Counted from the first letter of the stretch, positions 1 through 9,883 are shown. The stretch: 64,000 bases of DNA from Deltaproteobacteria bacterium (GCA_016219015.1 JACRCL010000032.1:26588-90587); one strand, 5' to 3'. Made by a program: numbers and translations. The notes: a model not told the origin generated them from the letters alone.

Positions 1-513
1 GAAAGGCCGAGGGACTCATCGGGCTCGGCGGTGGTATCGAGCCTCGAAGGGACCCGGACGATACTCGTCGAGGTGCAGTCGCTCGTCTGCCCGACCCTTT
101 TCGGGATGCCGAGGAGGACGGTGGTGGGGGTCGATTACAACAAGGTCATACTCCTTGCCGCGGTCCTCGAGAAAAAAGCCGGGATAGCCCTTGCCAACCA
201 CGACATATTCATAAAGGTGGCCGGCGGGATGAGGCTCGACGAGCCGGCCATAGACCTCGGGGTGCTCGCCTCCATGACGTCGAACTTCCTCGATAAGCCC
301 ATAGACCCATCCACCGTTATATTCGGCGAGGTCGGCCTTGCCGGAGAGGTGAGGGCCATAAGCCAGGTGGAGCCGAGGGTAAGGGAGGCCTCGAAGCTCG
401 GCTTTCAGAGGTGCATACTGCCTAAAGATAACCTAAAGGGGCTTAAAAAACCCGGCGATATGAAGCTTGACGGAGTTTCCAACATAAAAGAGGCTATAGA
501 GAAGTTCTTCTAA
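1..513 (+). CDS. radA: DNA repair protein RadA/Sms, C-terminal Lon-protease-like domain. 5'-partial: the frame is open from position 1.
   Basis: The translation (ILVEVQSLVCPT...VGVDYNKVILLAAVLEKKAGIALANHDIFIKVAGG...GEVGLAGEVRAI) matches the conserved RadA C-terminal Lon-like domain. No start codon lies inside the window, so the gene begins upstream. Confidence 0.8.
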   Translation, partial: ERPRDSSGSAVVSSLEGTRTILVEVQSLVCPTLFGMPRRTVVGVDYNKVILLAAVLEKKAGIALANHDIFIKVAGGMRLDEPAIDLGVLASMTSNFLDKPIDPSTVIFGEVGLAGEVRAISQVEPRVREASKLGFQRCILPKDNLKGLKKPGDMKLDGVSNIKEAIEKFF

Positions 514-520
514 GGAAGCT

Positions 521-675
521 CTGATTAATTATGTCTTCCTGTCATTCTGAGGGAGCGGAGTGACCGAAGAATCTCGTAACTTGCTGATTTGTATACTACG
601 AGATTCTTCCCCTTCACTTCGCTCAGGGCTTCGGCTCACACGCTCAGAATGACATGCTGTTGCAAATTAATCAGA
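521..675. repeat. Family-B nested palindromic MITE-like element (copy B1)
   Basis: Outer inverted repeats ctgattaatt (521-530) and aattaatcag (666-675). Inner inverted repeats gtcattctgag (541-551) and ctcagaatgac (643-653). Central 13-bp inverted pair gaagaatctcgta / tacgagattcttc. An inverted near-copy lies at 20421-20554. Confidence 0.7.
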
Positions 676-849
676 GGTTCCCTAAGAGGGTTGCGGAAAA
701 AGTCCTCAAAGTTGTCATTCTGATGGGCCGAGCGGCGAAGATAACGCGGCAGGTGGGCTTTTTCAGCAGCCTTTAATAAATAATGTATTATCTCTTTGAT
801 TTTGCTATAATATCAACTACATTCCTGAGGCGGTGCGGGGTTACTGGTC

Positions 850-2388
850 ATGGGTATTGGCAGAAGGAGAGCTTGCAGGGACGGTTTATTGTTCTTTCTC
901 ATGGTATTCGCGCTGTTATCGATAAGGGGCCGGGCTGAAGGCTCGGACAGGCCCTATTACACGGACATCGGCCAGTTCAATTACGCCAAGTTCCTCATGC
1001 GCGAAGGGGATTACAAGGCCGCCTCAAAGGAGTTCGCGAGGTTCATAGAGGGCTTCCCGGAAAGCCCCCTCATGTCCGAGGCCCAGTTCGGGCTATCCAA
1101 GGCATACTTTTACGCCGGCCTTTTCCGCGAGGCGGAGGAGGAGTTGAGCCTGTATCTTTCAAACTTCGGGGACAGCCCCGACGCCCTGGAGGCGTTGGCT
1201 TTGTTGGGCGAGACCGAAAAAAAGCTCAAGGAAAAGAGCATCCCGGTAATAACCCCCAGGCCGGGCGAGCCCGTAAGGGCGCTTAGGGCCGTACAGGTCA
1301 TGCTCTTCGAGGGTAAGGACTACACGGGGGTGGAAGAAGAGCTTGAATCCCTCAGAAACGCGGGGGTGGATACCGTTATATTGAGGGTCTTCCATAATAC
1401 CGGGGACAGGTACTATCCTTTCGCAAGGCCGGGTGACAGGCGCGGGGTGTATTTCAAGACCTCCAATTCGCCCGTGGTCGACGACATACTGGCGCAGGTG
1501 GTCCCTGCCGCGCACAGGCGCGGCTTGAAGGTCTTCGCGTGGATGACGACGCGCTACGCCGATTACGGGGTCGAGGGGGACGGGGCGCTGTCGTGCAAGG
1601 GCTATGACATCGCAAGAAAAACGCCTGCTGCCTGCAAAGGGCTCGACCTCTTCAACGAGGACGCGGTCAGGCGGCTTGAGGGCATATACTCGGACCTGGC
1701 TGAATACGATATCGACGGGGTGCTGTTCCAGGACGACCTTGTATTGCGGCATAACGAGGGCTTCGGCCCTTTCATGGAATCGGAGTTCAGGAAGGATACC
1801 GGGGACAACGCGGACCCCGAGGGGTTCTATCTGAGGCAGGGCGACGGCTCGGTGCATTATACGCAGCCGTTCTGGAAGTGGGCCTCATGGAAGAACAGGC
1901 GGCTGCTCAAGGTCGCTCAACGGCTGAGGGACGCGGTAAGGAAGAAAAGGCCCCAGGCGAAGTTCGCTATAAACCTCATGTACGAGTCGGTGACGAACCC
2001 GCCTTACGCCCTTGCGTGGCTGTCGCAGAACCTCGACGAGGCTGTAAAGGCCGGGTTCGATTATTATTCAATAATGGCGTACCACAGGCAGATGGAAGAG
2101 GAGCTGAATAAGACCCCGGAGGAAGTAAGGGAGATGATAGCGCGGATGGCCGGGGACGCCGTCAAGGCCATAGGGGAGCCGGGCAGGGTATTGATAAAGC
2201 TCCAGACTATAGACTGGAGGACCGGCAACGCGCTTCAAAACAGCGAGGTGGTATCGGTCATCAGGCAGGTGAAAGGAAAGGACCTGAGCCTGGCCCTGGT
2301 CCCGTACAGGGGGGACTTCCCCTTTCACGAGCTGGGCGGGACGGGGGCCGAAGGGATGGCTTCAATCGGCATCAACGGGGCGATTTGA
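850..2388 (+). CDS. Secreted protein with an N-terminal TPR-like region and a glycoside-hydrolase-like domain resembling the PgaB C-terminal / GHL10 fold.
   Basis: 512-aa ORF with an N-terminal hydrophobic signal (LLFFLMVFALLSI). It carries a TPR-like segment (YAKFLMREGDYKAASKEFARFIEG...SKAYFYAGLFREAEE), then VILRVFHNTGDRYYPF...GLKVFAWMTTRY...DIDGVLFQDD. That second part is typical of PgaB-C / YddW-like hydrolase-like domains. Codon usage matches neighbouring genes. Confidence 0.6.
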   Translation: MGIGRRRACRDGLLFFLMVFALLSIRGRAEGSDRPYYTDIGQFNYAKFLMREGDYKAASKEFARFIEGFPESPLMSEAQFGLSKAYFYAGLFREAEEELSLYLSNFGDSPDALEALALLGETEKKLKEKSIPVITPRPGEPVRALRAVQVMLFEGKDYTGVEEELESLRNAGVDTVILRVFHNTGDRYYPFARPGDRRGVYFKTSNSPVVDDILAQVVPAAHRRGLKVFAWMTTRYADYGVEGDGALSCKGYDIARKTPAACKGLDLFNEDAVRRLEGIYSDLAEYDIDGVLFQDDLVLRHNEGFGPFMESEFRKDTGDNADPEGFYLRQGDGSVHYTQPFWKWASWKNRRLLKVAQRLRDAVRKKRPQAKFAINLMYESVTNPPYALAWLSQNLDEAVKAGFDYYSIMAYHRQMEEELNKTPEEVREMIARMAGDAVKAIGEPGRVLIKLQTIDWRTGNALQNSEVVSVIRQVKGKDLSLALVPYRGDFPFHELGGTGAEGMASIGINGAI

Positions 2389-2469
2389 TACGGAAATATC
2401 AAGCGTTAACCGAACGCAAGAAATGGCTTTAGACGAGGCGGCCGACGAGGAAAACCGCAGGCGTACTTT

Positions 2470-2499
2470 TTAGCAGGCTGTTGTAAACAGCCTGCTAAG
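2470..2499. repeat. Perfect 13-bp-stem palindrome that looks like the fused ends of a family-A element
   Basis: Sequence: ttagcaggctgtt-gtaa-aacagcctgctaa. The arm begins with the TTAGCAGGCTG motif that starts the family-A left inverted repeat, but there is no internal segment. Confidence 0.55.
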
Positions 2500-2692
2500 C
2501 AATCCATGGAAGGATTGCCAAATTGCGAGGCTTAAAAGCCGGGCAATTTGTGAGACTTGGACGGATTTATTCCGGCCAAGTCGTTGTTGAAAAAGCCATG
2601 GATGGACTTTTTCAATATGATAGTACGTCGAGGATTTTCCTTAGGAGGACAACAAAGTATAAAGACATTTATTGCGTTCGCATAGAGGGTAT

Positions 2693-3406
2693 ATGACGGT
2701 CATATTGGACAAAAACTCGATCTGCTCTCTCTGCCAGTGCCACATAAGGGAGAATGCGCTTTTCACGGGGCTTAACGAGAGCCAGCTCGACGCGTTCAAG
2801 GACGTGGTCGTAATCTCCTCGTTCAAGAAGCGCGAGATAGTGTTCATGGAGGGGGACGACTGCACCGGGCTCTATATCATAAGGACGGGCAGGGTAAAGG
2901 TGGTAAGGTCCTCGTCCACGGGAAAAGAGCAGATAATAAATATCCTCAACCCCGGAGACCTCCTCGGCTTCGAGGTCTTCTACGAGGGGAAGCTCTACAG
3001 GAACACGGCCGTGGCCATGGACGACTGCGAGCTCTGCTACATAGACAAGAACTCGTTCTTCAACATACTGGAGAAAGAGCCGGACGTGTCCAGGAAGCTC
3101 ATAATCTCGCTCGGCAAGGAGCTTAACCACGCCTACGAGAGGATCGGCAACCTCGGCCTGCTGAACGCCAAGGAGAAGCTCGGGCACCTCCTCTACACGC
3201 TCGCCTCGGAGTACGGGGTGAAGGCCGACGGGGGCGTCAAGCTCCAGCTCACGCTCTCCAGGCTTGAGATAGCGGAGCTGCTGGGCATAACGCAGGAGAC
3301 CTCGATAAGGCTCCTTAAGAGCTTCAAGGAAGACGGCATCCTCGACATAAAGAGGAAAGAGATAATAATAAAATCCCTGGCCAGGCTCAAGGAGTTCGGC
3401 CAATAG
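2693..3406 (+). CDS. Crp/Fnr-family transcriptional regulator with an N-terminal Cys cluster (FNR-like)
   Basis: It has a cNMP-binding-type beta-roll (FMEGDDCTGLYIIRTGRVKV) and a C-terminal HTH (RLEIAELLGITQETSIRLLKSFKEDG). An N-terminal C-x2-C-x-C motif (CSLCQCH) and a later Cys are present. I chose the ATG at 2693, which follows the RBS-like agaggg; the ORF track extends to a TTG at 2672. Confidence 0.8.
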   Translation: MTVILDKNSICSLCQCHIRENALFTGLNESQLDAFKDVVVISSFKKREIVFMEGDDCTGLYIIRTGRVKVVRSSSTGKEQIINILNPGDLLGFEVFYEGKLYRNTAVAMDDCELCYIDKNSFFNILEKEPDVSRKLIISLGKELNHAYERIGNLGLLNAKEKLGHLLYTLASEYGVKADGGVKLQLTLSRLEIAELLGITQETSIRLLKSFKEDGILDIKRKEIIIKSLARLKEFGQ

Positions 3407-3453
3407 GGACAAGTCCGACAAAAGCGCGTCCCGCGCGCAGACACTGACCTTTC

Positions 3454-4872
3454 ATGGCATTTTCCATCCGCACAAGGCTGACCTTCTGGTACGTGACTCT
3501 CCTCACGGTGAGCCTCCTTGCCTTCGGGGCGGCCTTCTCTTATTCGCTTGCCAAGACCTTCATGGACCATACCGACAGCCAGATAAGCTCGGTTGCGAAC
3601 ATGATGGTCCATACCGTCATAAAGCCTTCGGGGCAGCTTTTCCTGCCAAGGGACTTCGACATAATCCTCGAGAGGTTCTTCGGCATAAGGACCGCCGGCA
3701 ACTACATCCAGGTCCTCGACCCGCACGGCCAGATAGTGGCCAAGTCCTCGAACCTCGAGACCTTCAGCATGCCGCTCGTGGGCGCGACATACCACGCCGC
3801 CATCGGCGGGGCCACGACCTTCGAGATAGTCCGTAACGTCGGCAGGTACCCGGTGAGGGTCGTCACCAAGCCGATAATACTGAAGGAAAAAGGGCTTGTG
3901 GCCATTGTGCAGGTCGGCAGCTCGCTGGAGGGGATGGACGAGATATTCCATTCGCTGGCGTACATCTTCATCCTCGCGATAATCGCATCGGTCCTCATAT
4001 CCGGCTTCATCGGGTGGGCCCTGGCGCGCAAGGCCTTGAAGCCCGTGGCCGAGATAACGAAGACCGCGCGCAGGATCGGGGCCGAGAGCCTCAACGAGAG
4101 GATAAACATAACGGTCCCGCAGGACGAGATAGGGATGTTAGCCTCCACGATAAACGAGATGATGGAGAGGCTCGAGAAGTCGTTCAAGCAGATAAGACAG
4201 TTCACGGCCGACGCCTCGCACGAGCTTAAGACCCCGCTGACAATACTAAAGGGCGAGATGGAGATAGCGCTGCGGTCAAAGGACAACGTGGAGTACATGA
4301 AAGAGGCCTTGAATAGCAGCCTCGAAGAGATAGACAGGATGAACGACATAGTGAGGAACCTGCTTGACCTCGCGAAGATGGACGTTGAGAAGGGTGCGGT
4401 GCCGAAAGAGCCGGTGGACCTTGAGAAGGTCTTGAGCGACAGGTACGAGCAGTTGAAGAAGGTCGCCCTTGACAGCGGGATACACATGGCTATCCTCAGA
4501 AGTAAGCCCCTTATCGTAAGCGGCGACGCCGTAAGGATAGGCCAGCTCCTCTCCAACCTCATCGACAACGCCATCAAGTACACGCATAGGGGAGGGGCCG
4601 TCGAGCTTTCGCTTGACAGCGACGGGGGCTCGGCCGTGTTCATGGTGAGGGACACGGGGGTGGGCATCTCGAAGGAGGACCTGCCCTATATATTCGACAG
4701 GTTCTACAGGGTGGACAAGGCCCGTTCGCGCGAGGTCGGCGGCGCGGGCCTCGGGCTTTCGATATGCAAGGAGATAGCCGAATCTCACGGCGGCTCGCTC
4801 GAAGTGGACAGCGCCCACGGGCAAGGCTCGACGTTTACGGCGCGCCTCCCGCTCGCGGCGCAGACCGCCTGA
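3454..4872 (+). CDS. Two-component sensor histidine kinase (periplasmic loop, HAMP, HisKA, HATPase_c)
   Basis: Two hydrophobic transmembrane segments. H-box ADASHELKTPLT, N-box LLSNLIDNAIKYT, and G-boxes RDTGVGIS / GGAGLGLSICKEIAESHGG are all present. Confidence 0.9.
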   Translation: MAFSIRTRLTFWYVTLLTVSLLAFGAAFSYSLAKTFMDHTDSQISSVANMMVHTVIKPSGQLFLPRDFDIILERFFGIRTAGNYIQVLDPHGQIVAKSSNLETFSMPLVGATYHAAIGGATTFEIVRNVGRYPVRVVTKPIILKEKGLVAIVQVGSSLEGMDEIFHSLAYIFILAIIASVLISGFIGWALARKALKPVAEITKTARRIGAESLNERINITVPQDEIGMLASTINEMMERLEKSFKQIRQFTADASHELKTPLTILKGEMEIALRSKDNVEYMKEALNSSLEEIDRMNDIVRNLLDLAKMDVEKGAVPKEPVDLEKVLSDRYEQLKKVALDSGIHMAILRSKPLIVSGDAVRIGQLLSNLIDNAIKYTHRGGAVELSLDSDGGSAVFMVRDTGVGISKEDLPYIFDRFYRVDKARSREVGGAGLGLSICKEIAESHGGSLEVDSAHGQGSTFTARLPLAAQTA

Positions 4873-4915
4873 ACGGTTCGGCATCTAAACAATGTACTGA
4901 AAATCAAAATTCGAA

Positions 4916-5030
4916 AGGCTGCTCAAAAAGCTCCGGATGCGAGGCGTCAAGGAGCGAGGAATGAGGCGTGCTCTCCTTGCGTTATGACAAGACGAAGACA
5001 ACAAAGCAGACGGGCTTTTTCAGCAGCCTG
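4916..5030. repeat. Family-A MITE/REP-like element (copy A5, subfamily 2), inverted relative to A4
   Basis: Ends are aggctgctcaaaaag and ctttttcagcagcctg. The interior is the reverse complement of the interior of the copy at 16860-16975. Confidence 0.7.
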
Positions 5031-5054
5031 TACCACAAAAAGGAGGGCTTATAA

Positions 5055-6089
5055 ATGAACATAGGGATACTTACAGGCGGCGGCGACTGCCCGGGGCTTA
5101 ACGCCGTGATAAGGGCGGTGGTCAAGCGCGGGCTCCAGTTCGGATATGAATTTACCGGCATAAGGGACGGCTGGAGGGGCCTCATACAGCCAAAGCCGTC
5201 CACCATGAAGCTCACCCGCCAGGCGGTATCGGGCCTGCTGCCTCTCGGGGGGACCATACTCGGCACGTCGAGGACAAACCCCTTCAAGGACCCGAAAGAC
5301 ACGGAAACGCTCCTCAGGAACATAAAAGACCTCAAGCTCGACGCAATCATCTGCATAGGCGGGGACGATACTTTGTCCGTTGCCGAGAAGCTCTTCGCCA
5401 GGGGGATAAAGACCATAGGCGTGCCGAAGACCATAGACAACGACCTTTCGGGCACGGACTTCACCTTCGGGTTCGACACAGCCGTAAGCATAGTCACGTG
5501 GGCGCTCGACAGGCTCCACTCCACGACCGAGGCGCACCAGAGGGTCATGGTAGTCGAGGTAATGGGCAGGCACGCCGGCTGGATAGCGGTCTACGGCGGG
5601 ATAGCCGGCGGGGCCGACGTGATACTGATACCCGAGAAGCCCTTTGACGTTGAAGAGGTCTGCGGGTACATAAAAAAGAGGAAAGAGGCGGGCAAGAACT
5701 TCAGCCTCGTCGTTGCCGCCGAGGGCGCGTACCCCAAGGAGGCGGGCGGCATGATAACGAAGGACAAGGAGCTCGACGCCTTCGGCCACGCGAAGCTCGG
5801 GGGCGTCGGGGAGTTCCTCGCAAGCGAGATAGAAAAAAGGCTCGGGCTCGAGTCCCGCTTCGTTGTCCTCGGCCATTTGCAGAGGGGCGGCACGCCCACG
5901 GCCTACGACAGGGTACTCGCCACGCGATTCGGCGTGAGGGCCATAGAGATGGTCAACGAGGGCAAGTTCGGCAGGATGGTCGCGCTCCAGGGCAATAAGA
6001 TAGTCGATATATCGCTCCAGGAGGCCACAGCCAAGCTCAAGACCGTGGATATGGAGATGTACCGGACGGCCCAGATATTCTTCGGCTAA
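5055..6089 (+). CDS. pfkA: ATP-dependent 6-phosphofructokinase
   Basis: N-terminus MNIGILTGGGDCPGLNAVIRAVV, plus the ICIGGDDT and MGRHAGW motifs. RBS aaaggaggg sits 5 nt upstream of the ATG. Confidence 0.93.
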   Translation: MNIGILTGGGDCPGLNAVIRAVVKRGLQFGYEFTGIRDGWRGLIQPKPSTMKLTRQAVSGLLPLGGTILGTSRTNPFKDPKDTETLLRNIKDLKLDAIICIGGDDTLSVAEKLFARGIKTIGVPKTIDNDLSGTDFTFGFDTAVSIVTWALDRLHSTTEAHQRVMVVEVMGRHAGWIAVYGGIAGGADVILIPEKPFDVEEVCGYIKKRKEAGKNFSLVVAAEGAYPKEAGGMITKDKELDAFGHAKLGGVGEFLASEIEKRLGLESRFVVLGHLQRGGTPTAYDRVLATRFGVRAIEMVNEGKFGRMVALQGNKIVDISLQEATAKLKTVDMEMYRTAQIFFG

Positions 6090-6212
6090 CAGGCTGCTGA
6101 AAAAGCCCAATCTGCGGCGTCGTCTTCAAAATTCGTCACTGCGGCGTACAAAGTACGCCGCCTCATTCCTCATTTTTCGACTCCTTGCATCTTAGACTTT
6201 TTGAGCAGCCTG
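6090..6212. repeat. Family-A MITE/REP-like element (copy A1)
   Basis: 16-bp terminal inverted repeats caggctgctgaaaaag and ctttttgagcagcctg flank a conserved ~90-bp core (..gtcgtcttcaaaattcgtcactgcggcgtac...cattcctcatttttcgactccttgcatcttagac). It starts 1 nt after the pfkA stop. Confidence 0.8.
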
Positions 6213-6240
6213 ATGCGATTTGAGTCTTTTAGCGATACCT

Positions 6241-6708
6241 ATGCATATCTCAAGACTCTTTATATTACTACTTGCGCTCGCTGTTATTATTCCGGCCTGC
6301 GGGAAAAAGTCTACTGACGAGGAGCTTGTAAGAAAGGCCGTGGACAGGGCCGTAAGAAATGTCGAGGAAAAGGACGTAAGCGCCTTCATGAAGCTCGTCT
6401 CAAAAGACTACAGGGACAACGAGGGGAACGACTATAACGGGGTCAAGGGGATACTCGTCTACGAGCTTTTAAGGAAAGAAAGGGTGAGGGTCTTCGTAAG
6501 GAGCCTTGCCGTAGAGGTAAAGGGGGATGAGGCCCTTATCGACGCGAGGGTGGCGCTTGTAAGGGGCATGGACGCGGAAGGCGTTAAAGACATCATCCCG
6601 GAGAACGCCGAGGCCATGAGGTTCAACGTGGTATTCAGGAAAGAGGGAGGGGACTGGAAGGCCGTAAACGCAAGCTGGACGCACCTGGGCGCAACGGGCC
6701 TTTTATGA
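6241..6708 (+). CDS. Hypothetical lipoprotein
   Basis: Signal peptide with a lipobox-like motif (LLLALAVIIPACGKK). The ATG at 6241 is preferred over the track start at 6220. The mature part is charged and globular with no family-diagnostic motif. Its stop overlaps the next start (ATGA). Confidence 0.6.
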   Translation: MHISRLFILLLALAVIIPACGKKSTDEELVRKAVDRAVRNVEEKDVSAFMKLVSKDYRDNEGNDYNGVKGILVYELLRKERVRVFVRSLAVEVKGDEALIDARVALVRGMDAEGVKDIIPENAEAMRFNVVFRKEGGDWKAVNASWTHLGATGLL

Positions 6709-7280
6709 ACACGCATAGCGAGCGCAAAGCGAGCGAACAGAAATCGAAATCTTCCTTATGTGTCGAAGATCCCCCGCAGCTTGCTGCGGGGAGATTCAGC
6801 GAGGAGCCGGAAGGGAAAAGGTTCATAGCCGACGCCATGCTCGGCAAGCTCGCCAGATGGATGAGGACGCTCGGCTATGACGTCGAGTACGAAAAGTCAA
6901 TTGGCGACGAGGAGCTTGTAAAAAGGGCTTTGGACGAAGACAGGCTTATAATCACGAGGGATACACTGTTAATAAAGCGGCGGAAGGTCAGAGGCCGCTT
7001 TTTTTTCGTAAAGAGCGATGAGGCCGCCGGACAGTTAAAGGAAATAACCGGGCAATTCAAGCCCCCGGAGGGCCTCTTCCTTACGCGGTGCCTGAGGTGC
7101 AATACCGCGCTTATAGACGCGGACAAAAAAGATATGGAAGGCAAGGTCCCGCCGTATGTATTCAAGACACAGGAACACTTCTCGGTCTGTACGAGGTGCG
7201 GGCGCATATACTGGGGCGGCACGCACAGGGCGCGGATGGTCGAGGAGCTGGAGAGGATGCTTAAGGGCGAAGGCGGATAA
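6705..7280 (+). CDS. Mut7-C RNase-domain protein (PIN-like nuclease domain plus C-terminal zinc ribbon)
   Basis: The FIADAMLGKLARWMRTLGYDV motif is typical of the Mut7-C/PIN-like family. Two C-x2-C pairs are present (CLRCNTAL, CTRCGRIYWGG). Confidence 0.65.
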   Translation: MNTHSERKASEQKSKSSLCVEDPPQLAAGRFSEEPEGKRFIADAMLGKLARWMRTLGYDVEYEKSIGDEELVKRALDEDRLIITRDTLLIKRRKVRGRFFFVKSDEAAGQLKEITGQFKPPEGLFLTRCLRCNTALIDADKKDMEGKVPPYVFKTQEHFSVCTRCGRIYWGGTHRARMVEELERMLKGEGG

Positions 7281-7399
7281 AATTCATTATGGGATTATTT
7301 CGCGCCCTTGCAATGACGATATTCCCCCCCCGTTCTCCGTATTGCTTTATCCCCATAAAGATGTTAGCGTCATCTCGATCAGATACAGGGAGATAATCC

Positions 7400-7726
7400 A
7401 TGGGTGAGCGCTATATCCTTGTTTTTTCGACTGTCCCGAGCCCGGAGGAGGGCGCGCGGATAGGCAAGGCGGTCGTCGGGGAGGGGCTTGCGGCCTGCTG
7501 TAATATCATCCCCGGCCTCCGCTCCATATACCTCTGGAAAGGCAAGCTCTGCGACGAGGGCGAGGCGCTCTGCCTCCTAAAGACAAGGGCGCAGCTCTTC
7601 GACAGGCTCAAAGACAGGATAAAGGAGCTCCACACCTACGAGGTCCCCGAGATAGTAGCTATTGATATAAAGGACGGGCTCAGGGAGTACCTGAGCTGGA
7701 TTGGCACGGTCACGGAAGGGCCGTGA
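7400..7726 (+). CDS. cutA: Divalent-cation tolerance protein CutA
   Basis: 108 aa, full-length similarity to CutA1: VVFSTVPSPEEGARIGKAVVGEGLAACCNIIPGLRSIYLWKGKL...YEVPEIVAIDI. Confidence 0.85.
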   Translation: MGERYILVFSTVPSPEEGARIGKAVVGEGLAACCNIIPGLRSIYLWKGKLCDEGEALCLLKTRAQLFDRLKDRIKELHTYEVPEIVAIDIKDGLREYLSWIGTVTEGP

Positions 7727-7827
7727 GGCATGGCCTACCCCTCTCGCGCACAGGCGCACCTGTCTTTTTCCCGTTTTTTCAACTCACAGCAGGAAGATAA
7801 GGCCCGGCTTTGCGGCACCCTTTTCTT

Positions 7828-7856
7828 TTGACAAAGGATTAGCGATTCTTTACAAT
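7828..7856 (+). promoter_or_regulatory. Near-consensus sigma70 promoter: TTGACA, 17-nt spacer, TACAAT
   Basis: ttgaca at 7828-7833, 17-nt spacer aaggattagcgattctt, tacaat at 7851-7856. A family-A repeat (7879-8003) and then lepA (8059) lie downstream. Confidence 0.45.
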
Positions 7857-7878
7857 ATAATATTACGGTTTTTTTTAA

Positions 7879-8003
7879 CAGGCTGCTGAAAAAGCCCTGT
7901 TCTACCGCGTCGTCTTCAAAATTCGTCTTTGCGGCGTACAAGGCAAGTACGCCTCATTCCTCATTTTTCGACTCCTTGCATCTTAGACTTTTTGAGCAGC
8001 CTG
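7879..8003. repeat. Family-A MITE/REP-like element (copy A2)
   Basis: Same terminal inverted repeats and core as A1. It sits in the 5' leader of lepA. Confidence 0.8.
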
Positions 8004-8058
8004 TTTGTGATTTTGAGTTTTTTCAACCTGTTAAAAAAACGCTTTATACCGGAGGAAA

Positions 8059-9858
8059 GTGACGGACCAGAGCCTCATAAGGAATTTTTCGATAATCGCG
8101 CATATAGACCACGGAAAATCAACGCTTTCGGACAGGCTCCTCGAATACACGGGGACGATCTCGAAAAGGGAGATGGTAGACCAGTTCCTCGACAAGATGG
8201 AGCTTGAGAGGGAGCGCGGCATAACCATAAAGGCGCAGACGGCACGGCTTTCCTACAAGGCCGACGACGGGAAGACCTACACCTTGAACCTCATCGACAC
8301 GCCGGGCCACGTGGACTTCAGCTACGAGGTGAGCAGGTCGCTTTCCGCCTGCGAGGGGGCGATACTCATCGTGGACGCCTCACAGGGTGTCGAGGCCCAG
8401 ACCGTGGCGCACCTCTACACCGCCGTGGACGTAGGTCTTGAGATATTCCCGGTATTGAACAAGATAGACCTGCCGCAGGCCGACCCGGAGAGGATAAAAA
8501 AGGAGATAGAGGATGTCCTCGGGCTCGACGCCTCGGACGCGGTCCTTGCCAGCGCCAAGGAGGGCCTTGGCATAAAAGACGTCCTCGAGGCGATAGTAAA
8601 GAGGGTCCCTCCGCCGGCAGGCGACAACTCGAAGCCCCTTAAGGCCCTTGTCTTCGACAGCTGGTACGACACCTACCAGGGCGTTGTCGTCCAGATAAGG
8701 GTATTCGACGGGCGCGTAAGGAAGGGCACGAAGATAAAGTTCATGGCCACGGGAAAGACCTTCGACGTCGACAATGTCGGCGTCTTCTCACCCGGCCCCA
8801 AGGAGGTCGAGGAGCTCGGGGTGGGGGATGTCGGGTTCGTGATAGCGGGCATAAAGGAAGTAAGGGACACGAACGTCGGCGATACGATAACAGGCGCCGA
8901 GAACCCGACCGAAGCGCCGCTCCCCGGCTACAAGGCCGCCAAATCCATGGTCTTCAGCGGCCTCTATCCCGTCGATTCCGCCCAGTACGAGAACCTCAAG
9001 GAGGCCGTCATAAAGCTCCGGCTGAACGACTCGTCCTTCACCTTCGAGCCGGAGACTTCGCTCGCCCTCGGGTTCGGGTTCAGGTGCGGCTTCCTCGGGC
9101 TGTTCCACATGGAGATAATACAGGAGAGGCTCGAGAGGGAGTACGGCCTCGAGCTCATAACGACGGCCCCGACCGTCATATACAGGGTGACGAAGACGGA
9201 CAAGACCGTGGTGCTCGTCGATAACCCCACGAACCTCCCCCCGCCGCAGTACATAGAGATGATAGAGGAGCCTTACATACAGGCTACCCTCCATCTGCCC
9301 TCCGAGTACCTTGGCGCGGTCCTGGGCCTCTGCGAGAGCAAGAGGGGGATACAGAAAGAGATAAAGTACCTTTCCACGTCGAGGGTCATGGTCGTCTACG
9401 AGATACCGCTTAACGAGATAGTGCTGGACTTCTACGACAAGTTGAAGACCATGACAAAGGGCTACGCCTCCATGGACTACGAGTACCTGGACTTTAGGGA
9501 ATCCGACCTCATAAAGCTCGACATACTCATAAACGGCGAGGCCGTGGACGCCCTTTCCCTCATAGTCCCGAGGGAGCGCGCCTTCATGAGGGGCAAGGAC
9601 CTGGCCGAGAAGATGAAGGAGATAATACCGAGGCAGATGTTCGAGGTCATCATACAGGCCGCCATAGGGAGCAAGGTAATAGCGAGGGAGACGATAAAGG
9701 CGCTCCGCAAGAACGTCACCGCCAAATGCTACGGGGGCGACATCACGAGGAAGAGGAAGCTCCTCGAGAAGCAGAAGGAAGGCAAGAAGCGCATGAAGCA
9801 GGTCGGCAGGGTGGAACTCCCGCAGGAGGCCTTCCTGGCGGTATTGAAGGTAAGCTAA
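8059..9858 (+). CDS. lepA: Elongation factor 4 (LepA)
   Basis: GTG start after RBS ggaggaaa. GTP-binding motifs [25 protein letters not shown] and NKID are present. The LepA-specific C-terminus is ...[15 protein letters not shown]. Confidence 0.95.
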   Translation: MTDQSLIRNFSIIAHIDHGKSTLSDRLLEYTGTISKREMVDQFLDKMELERERGITIKAQTARLSYKADDGKTYTLNLIDTPGHVDFSYEVSRSLSACEGAILIVDASQGVEAQTVAHLYTAVDVGLEIFPVLNKIDLPQADPERIKKEIEDVLGLDASDAVLASAKEGLGIKDVLEAIVKRVPPPAGDNSKPLKALVFDSWYDTYQGVVVQIRVFDGRVRKGTKIKFMATGKTFDVDNVGVFSPGPKEVEELGVGDVGFVIAGIKEVRDTNVGDTITGAENPTEAPLPGYKAAKSMVFSGLYPVDSAQYENLKEAVIKLRLNDSSFTFEPETSLALGFGFRCGFLGLFHMEIIQERLEREYGLELITTAPTVIYRVTKTDKTVVLVDNPTNLPPPQYIEMIEEPYIQATLHLPSEYLGAVLGLCESKRGIQKEIKYLSTSRVMVVYEIPLNEIVLDFYDKLKTMTKGYASMDYEYLDFRESDLIKLDILINGEAVDALSLIVPRERAFMRGKDLAEKMKEIIPRQMFEVIIQAAIGSKVIARETIKALRKNVTAKCYGGDITRKRKLLEKQKEGKKRMKQVGRVELPQEAFLAVLKVS

Positions 9859-9883
9859 AAAAGGCAAAAAGGAGAAACAACAG

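Noticed and set aside
2466-2499. Palindrome after the 850-2388 gene considered as a rho-independent terminator
   Set aside because: The T-run precedes rather than follows the stem on the + strand, and there are no minus-strand genes to terminate. It is better explained as a fused-ends REP-like relative of family A (TTAGCAGGCTG motif).
2389-2692. tRNA or other structured RNA in the long gaps (2389-2692, 21322-21601, 58502-58702)
   Set aside because: Visual scan found no T-loop (GGTTCGAATCC-like) or anticodon-arm signatures, and no tmRNA or RNase P hallmark motifs. This cannot be fully excluded without a covariance-model scan.
5049-6110. 353-aa minus-strand ORF antisense to pfkA
   Set aside because: It fully overlaps a confidently identified + strand gene. 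The translation is low-complexity (Arg/Gly/Pro/Leu-rich), typical of shadow frames in high-GC DNA. No RBS or family motif.
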